A stretch of DNA of 64,000 nucleotides from NCBI GenBank assembly GCA_023701005.1, contig JAMPXW010000002.1:45347-109346 (forward strand), in the 5' to 3' direction. The position numbers and the translations under genes are program-made. This document shows positions 39,041-49,117 of the stretch, piece by piece (position 1 is the first letter of the stretch; the number at the start of each line of letters is the position of its first letter). Source of the stretch: Burkholderiales bacterium. GTDB lineage: Bacteria; Patescibacteriota; Minisyncoccia; Phycocordibacterales; UBA9973. A model generated the notes under the pieces. That model ran no database searches, was not told where the DNA came from, and worked only from the letters and a program-made list of their open reading frames with translations.

Positions 39041-40740
39041 TAGACCTCTTTGTTATAACAATTTTCACAATATACTATTTCAGGTCTGTCAGGGGCGTAA
39101 GAAGTTTCAAATTCATTATTACAACCTTCTTTCATGCATTTACGATGCCAGAGGTTACGTGGATTTCTCAACATAAATCTATCAGTACGACGACAAGCAA
39201 AACATTTTTCAGGTATGGGTAAATTTAATATTTTATATAAAGATAATTCTAAAGAAGTAATTTTAAAAGCTGTCGTGCATAGAGGATATTCATCTTTATA
39301 ATCATTTAATTTTTGAGATGAACATTGTATTGCTTCTTCTAAAATATTTTCTTTAATTTCTGAAAAAGTTTTGGGTATTTTTTCTGCAGGGATAAAAATC
39401 TTGTAATCTCTTTCTGGTCTATCGTACCATTTATAGCCCTTTCTTTTAGCTTCTTCTTTATTTAAAGGAAAATAATCTTGAGCCATAGATTCATTGTATG
39501 CAAATGGTGAAAAATTAGCTGGAAAATATTCACCCCACTCTTCTATGTCTATCATATGTTTGATTATTTTTTCTTTTAAAGAAAAATAATCTGATTTAGA
39601 ATATTGTTTATTTAAAATACAATAACTTTTTTTCTTTAAGCCAAAACATCCAAAACAATTTTCTACACCAAAACACATATCACAATAATACGAATCAGTA
39701 ATGGTACCAAAACAACTTCTAATAATCATAGATCTATGTGGTGCTTCAACACCTTGAGCTTCATAAGCTAGCTGTCCAGTAATTATTTCTGTACAATCGC
39801 GGCAATCTTCAGAATCCCATGCATCTTGCATATAAGCAGTATCTTTATTTTTATGACAATTAAAACCAAGTTTCATTCTTTGAGTATTTTCTATATAATC
39901 ACCATTAGACTGTTGAACTTGTACACCATGATAAAATTTTATAGGCATGCTAAGTCTTAATTTAAAAGCTTCTTCTTGTGATTTTTTTATAAAATCTCTA
40001 TCCCATTCAAAATTTTTAACTTTTTTTTCATATTCATCTTTTCCTATATTTTTATTAAAATAAAAATACTGTTTATTTCGAAGACCAACACAACCGAAAC
40101 AATCAGTGCATCCCTTGCAATCATTAGAAAAATAGACATTAACACAGTCAGAACAATCAGAAGACCAAAGACAATGAGAACACTTTTTAATATTAATACA
40201 CTCATAACAGTATTCGCTCTTTTCTGCTAAATAACAATCACTTAAAAAATAACAGCCCCACTGACACCAGCTTCCATACATACATTTTTCATTTGAACCA
40301 CTTGTAACAAGCATATAACAATCTTTATTGTTTTGAGATTGATTTGTATATTCGCTATTTACACTACTAGCATTAACCATAGCCAAATGTGGGACTATAT
40401 CGCGCAACTCTTCGTATTGTTCAAAAAAAGATTTATTAAAATCAAAATCTCTTCCATATTTTACAGCATCAAATTTATCTGATTTCCAATATTCTTGTTT
40501 ATAAACAGGGAAAGAAACATTTTCTCTGTAAATTGAAATTATACTTTCTCCAGTAGCATCACATTTTCTTTTATAAAAGTTATATTCATTTCTATCTAAA
40601 AGCCTACGAATATATCTGCATTCCGGGCAAAATGTCGGTGGAGGGACTTTTATTTTCTCATAAAAAGAGAAGTCATCAGGCTCTATAATAAAGTCACATT
40701 TGCAATTTTTACATATTTTGTTTTCACTTTTGTATTCCAT
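39037..40740 (-). CDS. Cys-rich zinc-ribbon paralog family protein, copy D (567 aa)
   Basis: 'CKNCKCDFIIEPDDFSFYEKIKVPPPTFCPECR' ... 'CVGLRNKQYFYFNKNIGKDEYEK' ... 'LWHRKCMKEGCNNEFETSYAPDRPEIVYCENCYNKEVY'. Confidence 0.85.
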   Translation of the reverse strand: MEYKSENKICKNCKCDFIIEPDDFSFYEKIKVPPPTFCPECRYIRRLLDRNEYNFYKRKCDATGESIISIYRENVSFPVYKQEYWKSDKFDAVKYGRDFDFNKSFFEQYEELRDIVPHLAMVNASSVNSEYTNQSQNNKDCYMLVTSGSNEKCMYGSWCQWGCYFLSDCYLAEKSEYCYECINIKKCSHCLWSSDCSDCVNVYFSNDCKGCTDCFGCVGLRNKQYFYFNKNIGKDEYEKKVKNFEWDRDFIKKSQEEAFKLRLSMPIKFYHGVQVQQSNGDYIENTQRMKLGFNCHKNKDTAYMQDAWDSEDCRDCTEIITGQLAYEAQGVEAPHRSMIIRSCFGTITDSYYCDMCFGVENCFGCFGLKKKSYCILNKQYSKSDYFSLKEKIIKHMIDIEEWGEYFPANFSPFAYNESMAQDYFPLNKEEAKRKGYKWYDRPERDYKIFIPAEKIPKTFSEIKENILEEAIQCSSQKLNDYKDEYPLCTTAFKITSLELSLYKILNLPIPEKCFACRRTDRFMLRNPRNLWHRKCMKEGCNNEFETSYAPDRPEIVYCENCYNKEVY

Positions 40741-40742
40741 GT

Positions 40743-42497
40743 TTAATACACTTCTTTATTATAACAATTTTCACAATATACTATTTCAGGTCTGTCGGGA
40801 GCGTAAGGCGTTTTGAAAGTAGCCAAACATTTACCTTGATGTCCATGACCCTCATTTTCACACATACATTCTCTACGCCAAAGTTTCATTGGATTACGTT
40901 TCTTCAACCTATTCTCATGACGACAATTAAAACAAAATCTCGGTAAAGGAACTCCTAATTTTCTATATAAATTAAATTCATCTAAGATTATTTTATAAGC
41001 TCCCCTACAATATCCACTTTCTGTATCTTTATTTTTACAACCAATAATTTCATTCAAAATTGATTCATCAACATCTCTTAAATCATCAGGCAAATCTACT
41101 GATTCAATAGTCGTCACATATTCACTCACCTTCTTGTCTCTCCACCTATAACCATTTTTTATAGCTTCTTCTTTATTTAAAGGAAAATAATCTTGAGCTT
41201 GAGTTTCGTTGTAACAAAAAGTAGACATTTCTGCAGGGAAAAATTCACCATATTTATAAATTAGACCCCTCTTGTCTATATATGGCATATCGTTCATGTG
41301 TTGTTTTATTTTTGGTATTAATTCTTCATATTCTTCTTTTGTGTATTGTTTATTTAAAATACAATATTTCTTCGTTCGAAGACCTATACATCCAAATATA
41401 TTGTCACAACCATGACAATTGAAAGAATATTCTACATTATTAGAACTATAAACAACACTAGTAAATAAATTACGAAAATTCCCTATTCCTGTATCAAAAG
41501 ACTCATACAATAATTCACCATCTCCAACTCCGGGGCCAGAATCATATGCATCTTTTAAGAAATAAGCTGCCCAATGAATAAATTTACAATCTTCTATTCT
41601 ATTTCCAACTGCATCAAAAGAATATCTACAATTTTTTACACCTTCTAAATTATCCCCCGTTGAATTCATTACTTTATTTTGGTTTGAAAAACGATGCAAA
41701 GATTTTGAATGAATTTCTTTAAATTTTTCTTTCAATTCTTCAACAACTTTATAACTTTTTAAATTTATTTCTGACAATCGGCTTAAATATTCATCCCTAG
41801 AAAGTTGCTCATTCCACATACAATACGATTTATTACGTAAATTTGTGCAACCAAAACAATTTATACAACCATGACAATCATATAGAAAATAAGAATCTAC
41901 ACAACTTTTACAATTGGTAGAGTACAAAGTCTGATAACAATCTGAACAAAATAAGTTTTCATAACAGAGTTCACATCTGTGTGCTACATAAACATCTGAG
42001 CATTCTTTTGTCATTGTTATTCTATTAGAATATAAAGTCCTATCTATTTGCCATGAACCAGAACACAAATAACTATCTTTGCTGCCCTCCGCCACATTAC
42101 AATAATCACTATTAGTGGCTTTTATATTAGAAAGACTTTGTAATGGAATTTTATCTCTCAATTCTTTCCATTGTGTAAAAAATGTTTTAGAAAAATCATA
42201 TTCTTTTCCAAAAGAAACTGCATTCCATTCATCTCCCCACCAATACTTACTATCACAAACGACAACCTCTTCAGAAGGATGAATAAAAGAAACAAGCATC
42301 TCGTTGTGACCTGGAGCATCACATTTTCTTTTAAATAGAGACATTTCATTTCTCCAGCACAGCCTTCTAATAGTCCTACATTCTGGGCAAAATGTCGGAG
42401 GAGGAACCTTTATTTTTTCATAAAATTTAAAATCTTCTGGCTTTAATACAAAGTCTATTTTACAATTCTGGCAAATAATTTTGACTTCGTTTTCCAT
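40743..42497 (-). CDS. Cys-rich zinc-ribbon paralog family protein, copy E (584 aa)
   Basis: 'CQNCKIDFVLKPEDFKFYEKIKVPPPTFCPECR' ... 'CTNLRNKSYCMWNEQLSRDEY' ... 'CIGLRTKKYCILNKQYTKEEYEEL' ... 'PEIVYCENCYNKEVY'. Confidence 0.85.
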   Translation of the reverse strand: MENEVKIICQNCKIDFVLKPEDFKFYEKIKVPPPTFCPECRTIRRLCWRNEMSLFKRKCDAPGHNEMLVSFIHPSEEVVVCDSKYWWGDEWNAVSFGKEYDFSKTFFTQWKELRDKIPLQSLSNIKATNSDYCNVAEGSKDSYLCSGSWQIDRTLYSNRITMTKECSDVYVAHRCELCYENLFCSDCYQTLYSTNCKSCVDSYFLYDCHGCINCFGCTNLRNKSYCMWNEQLSRDEYLSRLSEINLKSYKVVEELKEKFKEIHSKSLHRFSNQNKVMNSTGDNLEGVKNCRYSFDAVGNRIEDCKFIHWAAYFLKDAYDSGPGVGDGELLYESFDTGIGNFRNLFTSVVYSSNNVEYSFNCHGCDNIFGCIGLRTKKYCILNKQYTKEEYEELIPKIKQHMNDMPYIDKRGLIYKYGEFFPAEMSTFCYNETQAQDYFPLNKEEAIKNGYRWRDKKVSEYVTTIESVDLPDDLRDVDESILNEIIGCKNKDTESGYCRGAYKIILDEFNLYRKLGVPLPRFCFNCRHENRLKKRNPMKLWRRECMCENEGHGHQGKCLATFKTPYAPDRPEIVYCENCYNKEVY

Positions 42498-42500
42498 TTT

Positions 42501-44579
42501 TTATTCCAAAATCTTTTTTAAAACATCTTCAGAAACTTCTTTTGTCTCAGTTTTAGGAATATTTTTTACTAAATCATCAAGATTAGAAGGCTCAGGAACT
42601 TTTTCTTCAGAAATTTTGACTTCTTCTTTAATTACTTTATCAGATATAAAATTCTTTAATTTATTCATTTCATCTACACTGGCTGATCTGTCTTTTGTGG
42701 ATGTTGGATGAGTATTTGATTGAGTATTTTTTAATTCACTTAAAGATATCTGTTTTACTTGTACTGGTTTTTCTTTTACTATCTCCTTTTTTATAGCCTC
42801 TGGTTCTTTTTTAGCTAAAGTCTTGTCTAATATTTCTCTTAAAGCTAAATTCTCTTTTGGTTTTTCTTTTGTAAATACCTTCTTAAAAGCAGAAAATATT
42901 TTTGGCTTTACCGGAATAAATGGTTTCTGAATATTGGGCACATTAACATTTTTGATTTCTGCTTCATTGTGTATATTTTTATCTATCCTTTCTGGATACC
43001 TTTCAGCACTATTATTCATTCCATCTTTTTGTTTAAATTCTATACCCAGATCAGCCAATGGTTTATAAAATTTAGATTCATCTTGTTTTATTTGATTTAA
43101 TGAACCTTTTATAGGTTTAACTTCTCCTGATTTTATCTTTGCTATACAATCTCTACAATAGACAGCTCTACCTGCTTCTGGTTTAAAAGGAACAAAAGTA
43201 TCTTTTTTACAAACAGAACATTGTGCGGGAAATTTCTCTACTCCAAGGCCATTGGTATCATCACCCAAAGACATTCCACTCCAATTGTTTATTTCTCTTT
43301 CTACGACTTCTCTCGATCTACAATAAAGTTCACGTGATGATTTGATAACTTCCTCTTCGACTTCTTTATTACCAGATTTTGCCATAGGAGGTAAGGTTTT
43401 TGCCGAAAAAGGACGAGATGTTATACCGTCAATCATTAATTTCAAATAAATTTTAAAGTTAGGCAAACTGACAATATCTTGAGGTGTAAATTCTGGTTCA
43501 AATTCTTTTTCTAAAAATTCTGCATCGTCAGCACCTACTCTAAATATAATCATCGTTCCAACGTTACCAAAAATAGAATCTCTCACACTTGAATTTTTGT
43601 CTGAAACTAATTGTGCAGTATACTGATGCGCCACAGTAAGATTCAATCTGTATTTTCTAGCTTCAGATAATATAGAAGCGAAAGAATCTGTAACGAAATT
43701 TTGGAATTCGTCGACATATAAATAAAAATCTTTTCTTTCATCTTCGGGTATACGGACACGTTCCATGGCAGCAAGTTGAATTTTAGTGATGAGCATACCT
43801 CCCAACAAAGAAGAGTTATCTTCACCGATACGTCCCTTAGAAACATTCACAAGGAATATCTTCCCTTCGTTCATTATGTCAAAGACATTTATTGTACTTT
43901 TTGATTGCCCAACGACATTTCTTATGATTGAAGTAGACAAGAATTGTCCAACTTTATTTTGTATAGGAGCAATAGCTTCATTTCTAAACTTATCTTGCCA
44001 AGCTTCATATTCATGAACCCAAAAAGATTTGATGACTGGATCTTTTAAATTAGAAATTATTTTCTGACGATAGTCTTTATCTACCAACATTCTAGGAATA
44101 CCGAGCATTGTGGTGCCTGGAGTATCAAGTAAAGCCAAAATGGCATTATTCAAAATATATTCCATCCTGGCAGACCAAGCATTGGCCCATATCTTCGTAA
44201 AGATCCCCATAAGTCCAGACGCCACTAAGTGTTTATATTTTGGATCAACTAATTCAAGAACATTAAATCCAATATGATAATCAGGGTCACTAGGATTAAA
44301 ATAGACAACATCTTTCATTCGATGAGGAGGAATAGCACCTAAAACACTTTCGACTAATTCTCCATGCGGGTCGACAACACAAACACCAGAACCATTTTCA
44401 ATATTCTGAACTATCATATTAAACATCAATACAGACTTACCTGTACCAGATTTTCCAAGTATATAAACATGCTGACGTCTATCTTTGCGTTTTATGCCAA
44501 AAAGCTGATTTTTATCTCTATAAGTAGTGAGCCCAATGTATGTAAGATCCTTATTTTTTGGTATCTCTTTGATATCCAT
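42501..44579 (-). CDS. VirD4/TraD/HerA-like P-loop ATPase, copy 2 (692 aa), with a C-terminal zinc ribbon and a K/E-rich low-complexity tail
   Basis: Walker A 'YILGKSGTGKSVLM'. 'VVDPHGE'. Walker B 'FYLYVDEFQN'. 'LNLTVAHQY'. C-terminal 'CSVCKKDTFVPFKPEAGRAVYCRDC', then a K/E/P-rich tail. Confidence 0.8.
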   Translation of the reverse strand: MDIKEIPKNKDLTYIGLTTYRDKNQLFGIKRKDRRQHVYILGKSGTGKSVLMFNMIVQNIENGSGVCVVDPHGELVESVLGAIPPHRMKDVVYFNPSDPDYHIGFNVLELVDPKYKHLVASGLMGIFTKIWANAWSARMEYILNNAILALLDTPGTTMLGIPRMLVDKDYRQKIISNLKDPVIKSFWVHEYEAWQDKFRNEAIAPIQNKVGQFLSTSIIRNVVGQSKSTINVFDIMNEGKIFLVNVSKGRIGEDNSSLLGGMLITKIQLAAMERVRIPEDERKDFYLYVDEFQNFVTDSFASILSEARKYRLNLTVAHQYTAQLVSDKNSSVRDSIFGNVGTMIIFRVGADDAEFLEKEFEPEFTPQDIVSLPNFKIYLKLMIDGITSRPFSAKTLPPMAKSGNKEVEEEVIKSSRELYCRSREVVEREINNWSGMSLGDDTNGLGVEKFPAQCSVCKKDTFVPFKPEAGRAVYCRDCIAKIKSGEVKPIKGSLNQIKQDESKFYKPLADLGIEFKQKDGMNNSAERYPERIDKNIHNEAEIKNVNVPNIQKPFIPVKPKIFSAFKKVFTKEKPKENLALREILDKTLAKKEPEAIKKEIVKEKPVQVKQISLSELKNTQSNTHPTSTKDRSASVDEMNKLKNFISDKVIKEEVKISEEKVPEPSNLDDLVKNIPKTETKEVSEDVLKKILE

Positions 44580-44612
44580 ATATAATATTATACAAGAAAA
44601 AAAACGTTTTTA

Positions 44613-46301
44613 CTAATATATTTCTTTCTGATAACAAGCCTCACAATAAACTATCTCTGGTCTTTCGGGAGCATAAGAAGTCTCAAATTCATTATTACAA
44701 CCCTCTTTCATACATTTACGATGCCAAAGTCTTGGTGGATTACGTTTTTCTACTCTCTCAAAATATCTACAATTTGGACAAAGATGTGGGATAGGAATAT
44801 TTAATTTTTTATACAATCCCAATTCATTTTGCAAGACCCTAAAAGCAGTAGTGCAATTATGATTACATTTTCCATTGTGTCCACAGCTTATTATTTCTTG
44901 TATTATATTATCTTTTATATCATTTATATCCTCTGGTAATTGATCTATCGGTAAAGTAACTTTATAATCTCTTAAATCTGCATCACGCCAACAATATCCT
45001 TTATCTTCAACTTCTTTCTTTGTCAGTGGAAAAAGTTCCTGTGCCTCAGATTCATTGTAAGCAAAAGGGCTAATCCAATATGGGAAAAATTCTCCAAATT
45101 CCTTTGTCTTTTTCATATGTTCAATTATTTTTTCTTTCAAATTCTCATATTCTTCTTTGTTGTATTTCTTATTTAAAATTGAATAAGAACCTTTCTTCAT
45201 TCCGACACAACCAAAACAATTTTCAGCAGAAGGAGAAAACAAAGAATAGTAAATATCTCGACATTGAAAACAAAAAACTGAAAAATAATTTCTCTGAGAA
45301 TTATCTGCTACAACTACTTCATAACACTGCTCTGCTTTTCCACTCATTAAACTATCATAAGTGTCTTTTGTCGTATCGCTACCAAAAATAAATCTCTGAT
45401 TTTCTCCGTTAATTACCTGGAAAGCATATTTTACATTTTTACAATTTATCAAAAAATCACCAGTAGAAATTACGGATTTTTTGATATAAGAATATTTATG
45501 AGGGAAATTAGAACAAAAATCTTTAAATTCTTTTTTATATTTTTCTACAGAATAAAAATTACTTAAATTCATCTTTTTTAATTTTATTTCATATTCTTCT
45601 TTTGTATATTGTTTATTTTTTATACAATAGCTTTTATTTCTTAAGCCAATACACATAATACAATTCAAACATCCACTCAAATCATAACCCAAAAAACAAT
45701 CCTGGCATTCTGAACAATAGGTACAATACTTAGAACGTGCTATCTTATAGCACTGCAGACATTCATAAGCGAGCTCCGCTTCTCTCATGTGCATACAGTC
45801 AAGCATATCTTTGTTGTGTTCAATATGAAAAGAATATAAAACATTTTCCGCGTGCCAACCGGAAACACACATATAACAATTTTTACTAAAAAACCAATCA
45901 TATGTATATTCACAATTTACACTTGCTACTTCATTATCATTTGTAATCGAGAGAGCAGGAACTATTAATGACAACTCTTTTAGTTGCTCAAAAAAGTTTT
46001 TAGAAAAATCAAATTCTATCCCATATTGACATGGATCCCAATTATCACTCCACCAACATTTTTGACAATAAACTGGGAATGGTGCATTTGTTGGATAAAT
46101 AGAAATTATATTTTTCTTACACAAGTCACATTCTCTTTTATATAAGGTATGGCCATTTCGAAACATCATTCGTCTCTGCATTCTACATTCCGGGCAAAAA
46201 GTTGGTGGTGGAACAACTATTTTCTCATAAAAACCAAAATCATCCGGCTCTATTGTGAAGTCTTTTTTACAGTTTTGACAATTTTTAATTTCAGATTGCA
46301 T
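44613..46301 (-). CDS. Cys-rich zinc-ribbon paralog family protein, copy F (562 aa)
   Basis: 'CQNCKKDFTIEPDDFGFYEKIVVPPPTFCPECR' ... 'CIGLRNKSYCIKNKQYTKEEYE' ... 'LWHRKCMKEGCNNEFETSYAPERPEIVYCEACYQKEIY'. Confidence 0.85.
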   Translation of the reverse strand: MQSEIKNCQNCKKDFTIEPDDFGFYEKIVVPPPTFCPECRMQRRMMFRNGHTLYKRECDLCKKNIISIYPTNAPFPVYCQKCWWSDNWDPCQYGIEFDFSKNFFEQLKELSLIVPALSITNDNEVASVNCEYTYDWFFSKNCYMCVSGWHAENVLYSFHIEHNKDMLDCMHMREAELAYECLQCYKIARSKYCTYCSECQDCFLGYDLSGCLNCIMCIGLRNKSYCIKNKQYTKEEYEIKLKKMNLSNFYSVEKYKKEFKDFCSNFPHKYSYIKKSVISTGDFLINCKNVKYAFQVINGENQRFIFGSDTTKDTYDSLMSGKAEQCYEVVVADNSQRNYFSVFCFQCRDIYYSLFSPSAENCFGCVGMKKGSYSILNKKYNKEEYENLKEKIIEHMKKTKEFGEFFPYWISPFAYNESEAQELFPLTKKEVEDKGYCWRDADLRDYKVTLPIDQLPEDINDIKDNIIQEIISCGHNGKCNHNCTTAFRVLQNELGLYKKLNIPIPHLCPNCRYFERVEKRNPPRLWHRKCMKEGCNNEFETSYAPERPEIVYCEACYQKEIY

Positions 46302-46396
46302 AACTATATAATATGCTTTTTTACCTCCAAAATCAAAAGAATTATAAAACTTAATTTTATATCAAAAAAGAGTCTTTCAATGAAGAAAAACTCTTT

Positions 46397-46945
46397 TTAC
46401 TTTTGTTTTGGAAATAAAAATCCAACTATTGCAATGATACCTGAAGCAATTTGGAAAATTCCAAAAAAAATCTCTCCTTTTTTAAAACCAAGATAAGTAC
46501 TTCCCAAATGAGCTAATATAAACAACATCCATCCCAACCTGGGTTTTGTGTGAGTTAAATAATAAGTACCTAAAAGAAATGTCACAGAACTGAAAAATTC
46601 AATTACTGTTAAAATTCCATTAAACACAAAATACATAAAAACACACAACAGCCCAATTATAAAAAAATTAATAACTAGCTCTGTTTTAGGATTCTTCTGA
46701 CTATCATTCTTTTTGACAAGAAAACCATAAAACATTAATACAAAAACTCCAAATTCCATTATTACATAAATATGGAGCCCTATTATAAGAAAATAAAAAA
46801 TTGCCAAAAAACCAGCAAAGGAACCCACCAACCAAGCATATCTTTCTATACTTTTTTCTTTACCAATAAAAAGAAGTATTTTATTAATAAAAAAAATGAT
46901 AGAAACACTTACTCGTAAAAATGTTAAAAACATTTTTATCTCCAA
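46397..46945 (-). CDS. Polytopic membrane protein (182 aa, 'HTKP' motif), first gene of module 1
   Basis: About 6 TM helices. 'YLTHTKPRLGWMLFILAHLGSTYLG' shares the HTKP block with the 31769..32359 protein. Confidence 0.5.
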   Translation of the reverse strand: MEIKMFLTFLRVSVSIIFFINKILLFIGKEKSIERYAWLVGSFAGFLAIFYFLIIGLHIYVIMEFGVFVLMFYGFLVKKNDSQKNPKTELVINFFIIGLLCVFMYFVFNGILTVIEFFSSVTFLLGTYYLTHTKPRLGWMLFILAHLGSTYLGFKKGEIFFGIFQIASGIIAIVGFLFPKQK

Positions 46946-47025
46946 ATTTTATTTTAGAAACAATGAACTTTACTTTTTTATAATACTATTTAATTTAAAT
47001 TAAGTCAATATCTTAAATAATTAAC

Positions 47026-47057
47026 AAAAAGACGGAAGCAAGGCTTCCGTCTTTTTG
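47026..47057 (-). terminator. Rho-independent terminator of dnaK
   Basis: 'aaaaaGACGGAAGCaaggCTTCCGTCtttttg'. On the minus strand the stem is followed by a T-run immediately downstream of the dnaK stop. Confidence 0.6.
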
Positions 47058-47092
47058 TCTTCACCTACAAAATAAGTCTAAGGAGGCTATGT

Positions 47093-48985
47093 TTATTCTT
47101 TTGGCACTTCTCCTTCTTTATTATCCGCATCTCGAACTTCTGCATTTTGTTCTTCTGGTGCAGAAGCTGGAGGAGTTTCGGCTCCGGCTTTATTTAAAGC
47201 TTCACCTATTTTAGACATTTCATTTGAAAGTTCTTCTGTAGCTTTTTTAATAGCTTCAGAATCATTTCCATCTTTTACTCCACGTAATGCTGTTATTTTT
47301 GTATTAACGCCTTCTTTCACATCAGCTGGAATCTTGTCTTCATTATCCTTCAAAGCTTTCTCGGCTGTATAAATAATCATTTCTGCTGTATTTTTTATAT
47401 CAACCATCTCTCTTTTCTTTTTATCTTCTTCAGCATGAACTTCTGCATCTTGTTGCATCTTTTTGATATCTTCTTCCTTGAGTCCAGAACTTGCTTCGAT
47501 TTTAATTGATTGTGCTTTTCCTGAAGCTTTATCCATTGCTTTCACATTCAATATTCCATTAACATCAATATCAAAAGTCACTTCAACTTGAGGCATACCC
47601 CTAGGTGCTGGTGGAATTCCATCCAAAATAAATCTACCCAAAGATTTATTGTCAGAAGCCATTGGACGTTCTCCTTGCACTATATGGATTTCTACAGAAG
47701 TTTGATTATCAGCAGCAGTAGAAAATACTTGAGATTTTGAAGCTGGAATAGTAGTATTTCTTTCTATCAATTTTGTAGCTACTCCTCCTAATGTTTCAAT
47801 ACCAAGAGAAAGTGGAATGACATCCAAAAGCAAAACATCACGAACATCTCCAGCCAATACTCCTGCTTGCACAGCAGCACCCAAGGCTACAACTTCATCA
47901 GGATTAATAGACATATTTGGAGTTTTTCCGAAAAGATTCTTTACAGCCTCCACTATTGCTGGCATTCTAGTCTGACCTCCTACCATTATTATTTCATTTA
48001 TTTCATTCATTTTAAATGGAGAAGCTTCTAGGGCTCTTTTTGTAATAGCAATAGAACGATCTATGTATTCTTTTGCCAAAGATTCTAAAGTGGCACGAGA
48101 CATTTTCAAAAGTAAATGCTTAGGGCCATCTGAATCAGAAGTAATAAATGGAATATTTATCTCTGCTTCCATTGTTGTAGAAAGTTCATGTTTTGCTTTT
48201 TCTGCAGCTTCTTTTAATCTTTGGTGCGCCAATGGATCTTTCCTCACATCTACTCCAGATTCTTTTTTATATTCTTCGGCGATCCAAGTGATTATTTTTC
48301 TATCTATATCTCCACCACCCATATGACTATCTCCATCTGTAGATTTAACTTCTATGACATCATCACCTATCTCTAAAACAGAAACATCAAAAGTTCCTCC
48401 CCCAAAGTCATACACAACTATCTTTTCATTTTTCTTTTTATTAAATCCATAAGCGAGAGCTGCTGCGGTAGGTTCATTTATAATTCTTTTTACATCAAGT
48501 CCAGCTATTTGTCCTGCATCTTTTGTGGCTTTTCTTTGAGCATCATTAAAATAAGCTGGAACAGTGATCACTGCTTCTGTTATTTTTTCTCCGAGCTTTG
48601 CTTCTACGTCTGTTTTTATTTTTTGTAATATCATCGCAGATATTTCTTCTGGACGATAAAACTTTTCAGACATTTTTACTTTTACTCCACCATCTTCTCC
48701 CGTCTCTATTTTAAATGGAGCTGTAGTTTTATCTTTCTGAACTTCTGGATCATCAAATCTATGACCCATATATCTTTTTATTTCAGAAATTGTATTTTCT
48801 GGATTTGTCACAGCTTGTCTTTTAGCCAACAAACCTACAATGCGATCACCGTTTTTTGCTGTTGCTATGACAGAAGGAGTCGTACGATTTCCTTCTACGT
48901 TTTCAATAATCTTTGGTGCCCCTCCCTCTACGAAAGCGACTGCAGAATTTGTTGTACCCAAATCTATACCTATTATTTTTGACAT
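47093..48985 (-). CDS. dnaK: Chaperone DnaK (Hsp70)
   Basis: '[13 protein letters not shown]', '[10 protein letters not shown]' and 'VGGQTRMP' with a full Hsp70 architecture. Confidence 0.95.
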   Translation of the reverse strand: MSKIIGIDLGTTNSAVAFVEGGAPKIIENVEGNRTTPSVIATAKNGDRIVGLLAKRQAVTNPENTISEIKRYMGHRFDDPEVQKDKTTAPFKIETGEDGGVKVKMSEKFYRPEEISAMILQKIKTDVEAKLGEKITEAVITVPAYFNDAQRKATKDAGQIAGLDVKRIINEPTAAALAYGFNKKKNEKIVVYDFGGGTFDVSVLEIGDDVIEVKSTDGDSHMGGGDIDRKIITWIAEEYKKESGVDVRKDPLAHQRLKEAAEKAKHELSTTMEAEINIPFITSDSDGPKHLLLKMSRATLESLAKEYIDRSIAITKRALEASPFKMNEINEIIMVGGQTRMPAIVEAVKNLFGKTPNMSINPDEVVALGAAVQAGVLAGDVRDVLLLDVIPLSLGIETLGGVATKLIERNTTIPASKSQVFSTAADNQTSVEIHIVQGERPMASDNKSLGRFILDGIPPAPRGMPQVEVTFDIDVNGILNVKAMDKASGKAQSIKIEASSGLKEEDIKKMQQDAEVHAEEDKKKREMVDIKNTAEMIIYTAEKALKDNEDKIPADVKEGVNTKITALRGVKDGNDSEAIKKATEELSNEMSKIGEALNKAGAETPPASAPEEQNAEVRDADNKEGEVPKE

Positions 48986-49055
48986 ATATTTTATTTAAAT
49001 TAAGCTTATAATGTTTTTGTTAATTATATCTATATTATATATAGATTTTATCTTT

Positions 49056-49089
49056 TTGCAAGTATTTTGTGGTCACGAAATACTTGCAA
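49056..49089. promoter_or_regulatory. Perfect 12-bp inverted repeat TTGCAAGTATTT-N10-AAATACTTGCAA in the divergent dnaK / PaaX-like intergenic region (candidate operator)
   Basis: Read directly from the sequence. It lies about 70 bp upstream of the dnaK start and about 30 bp upstream of the + strand regulator gene. It is not a CIRCE, HAIR or CtsR consensus. Confidence 0.4.
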
Positions 49090-49117
49090 AATACAGTATA
49101 TAGTATAATATATAAGT

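Noticed and set aside
48986-49117. HrcA CIRCE element upstream of dnaK
   Set aside because: No TTAGCACTC-N9-GAGTGCTAA-like sequence is present. The only inverted repeat, TTGCAAGTATTT-N10-AAATACTTGCAA, is unrelated to the CIRCE, HAIR and CtsR consensus sequences.
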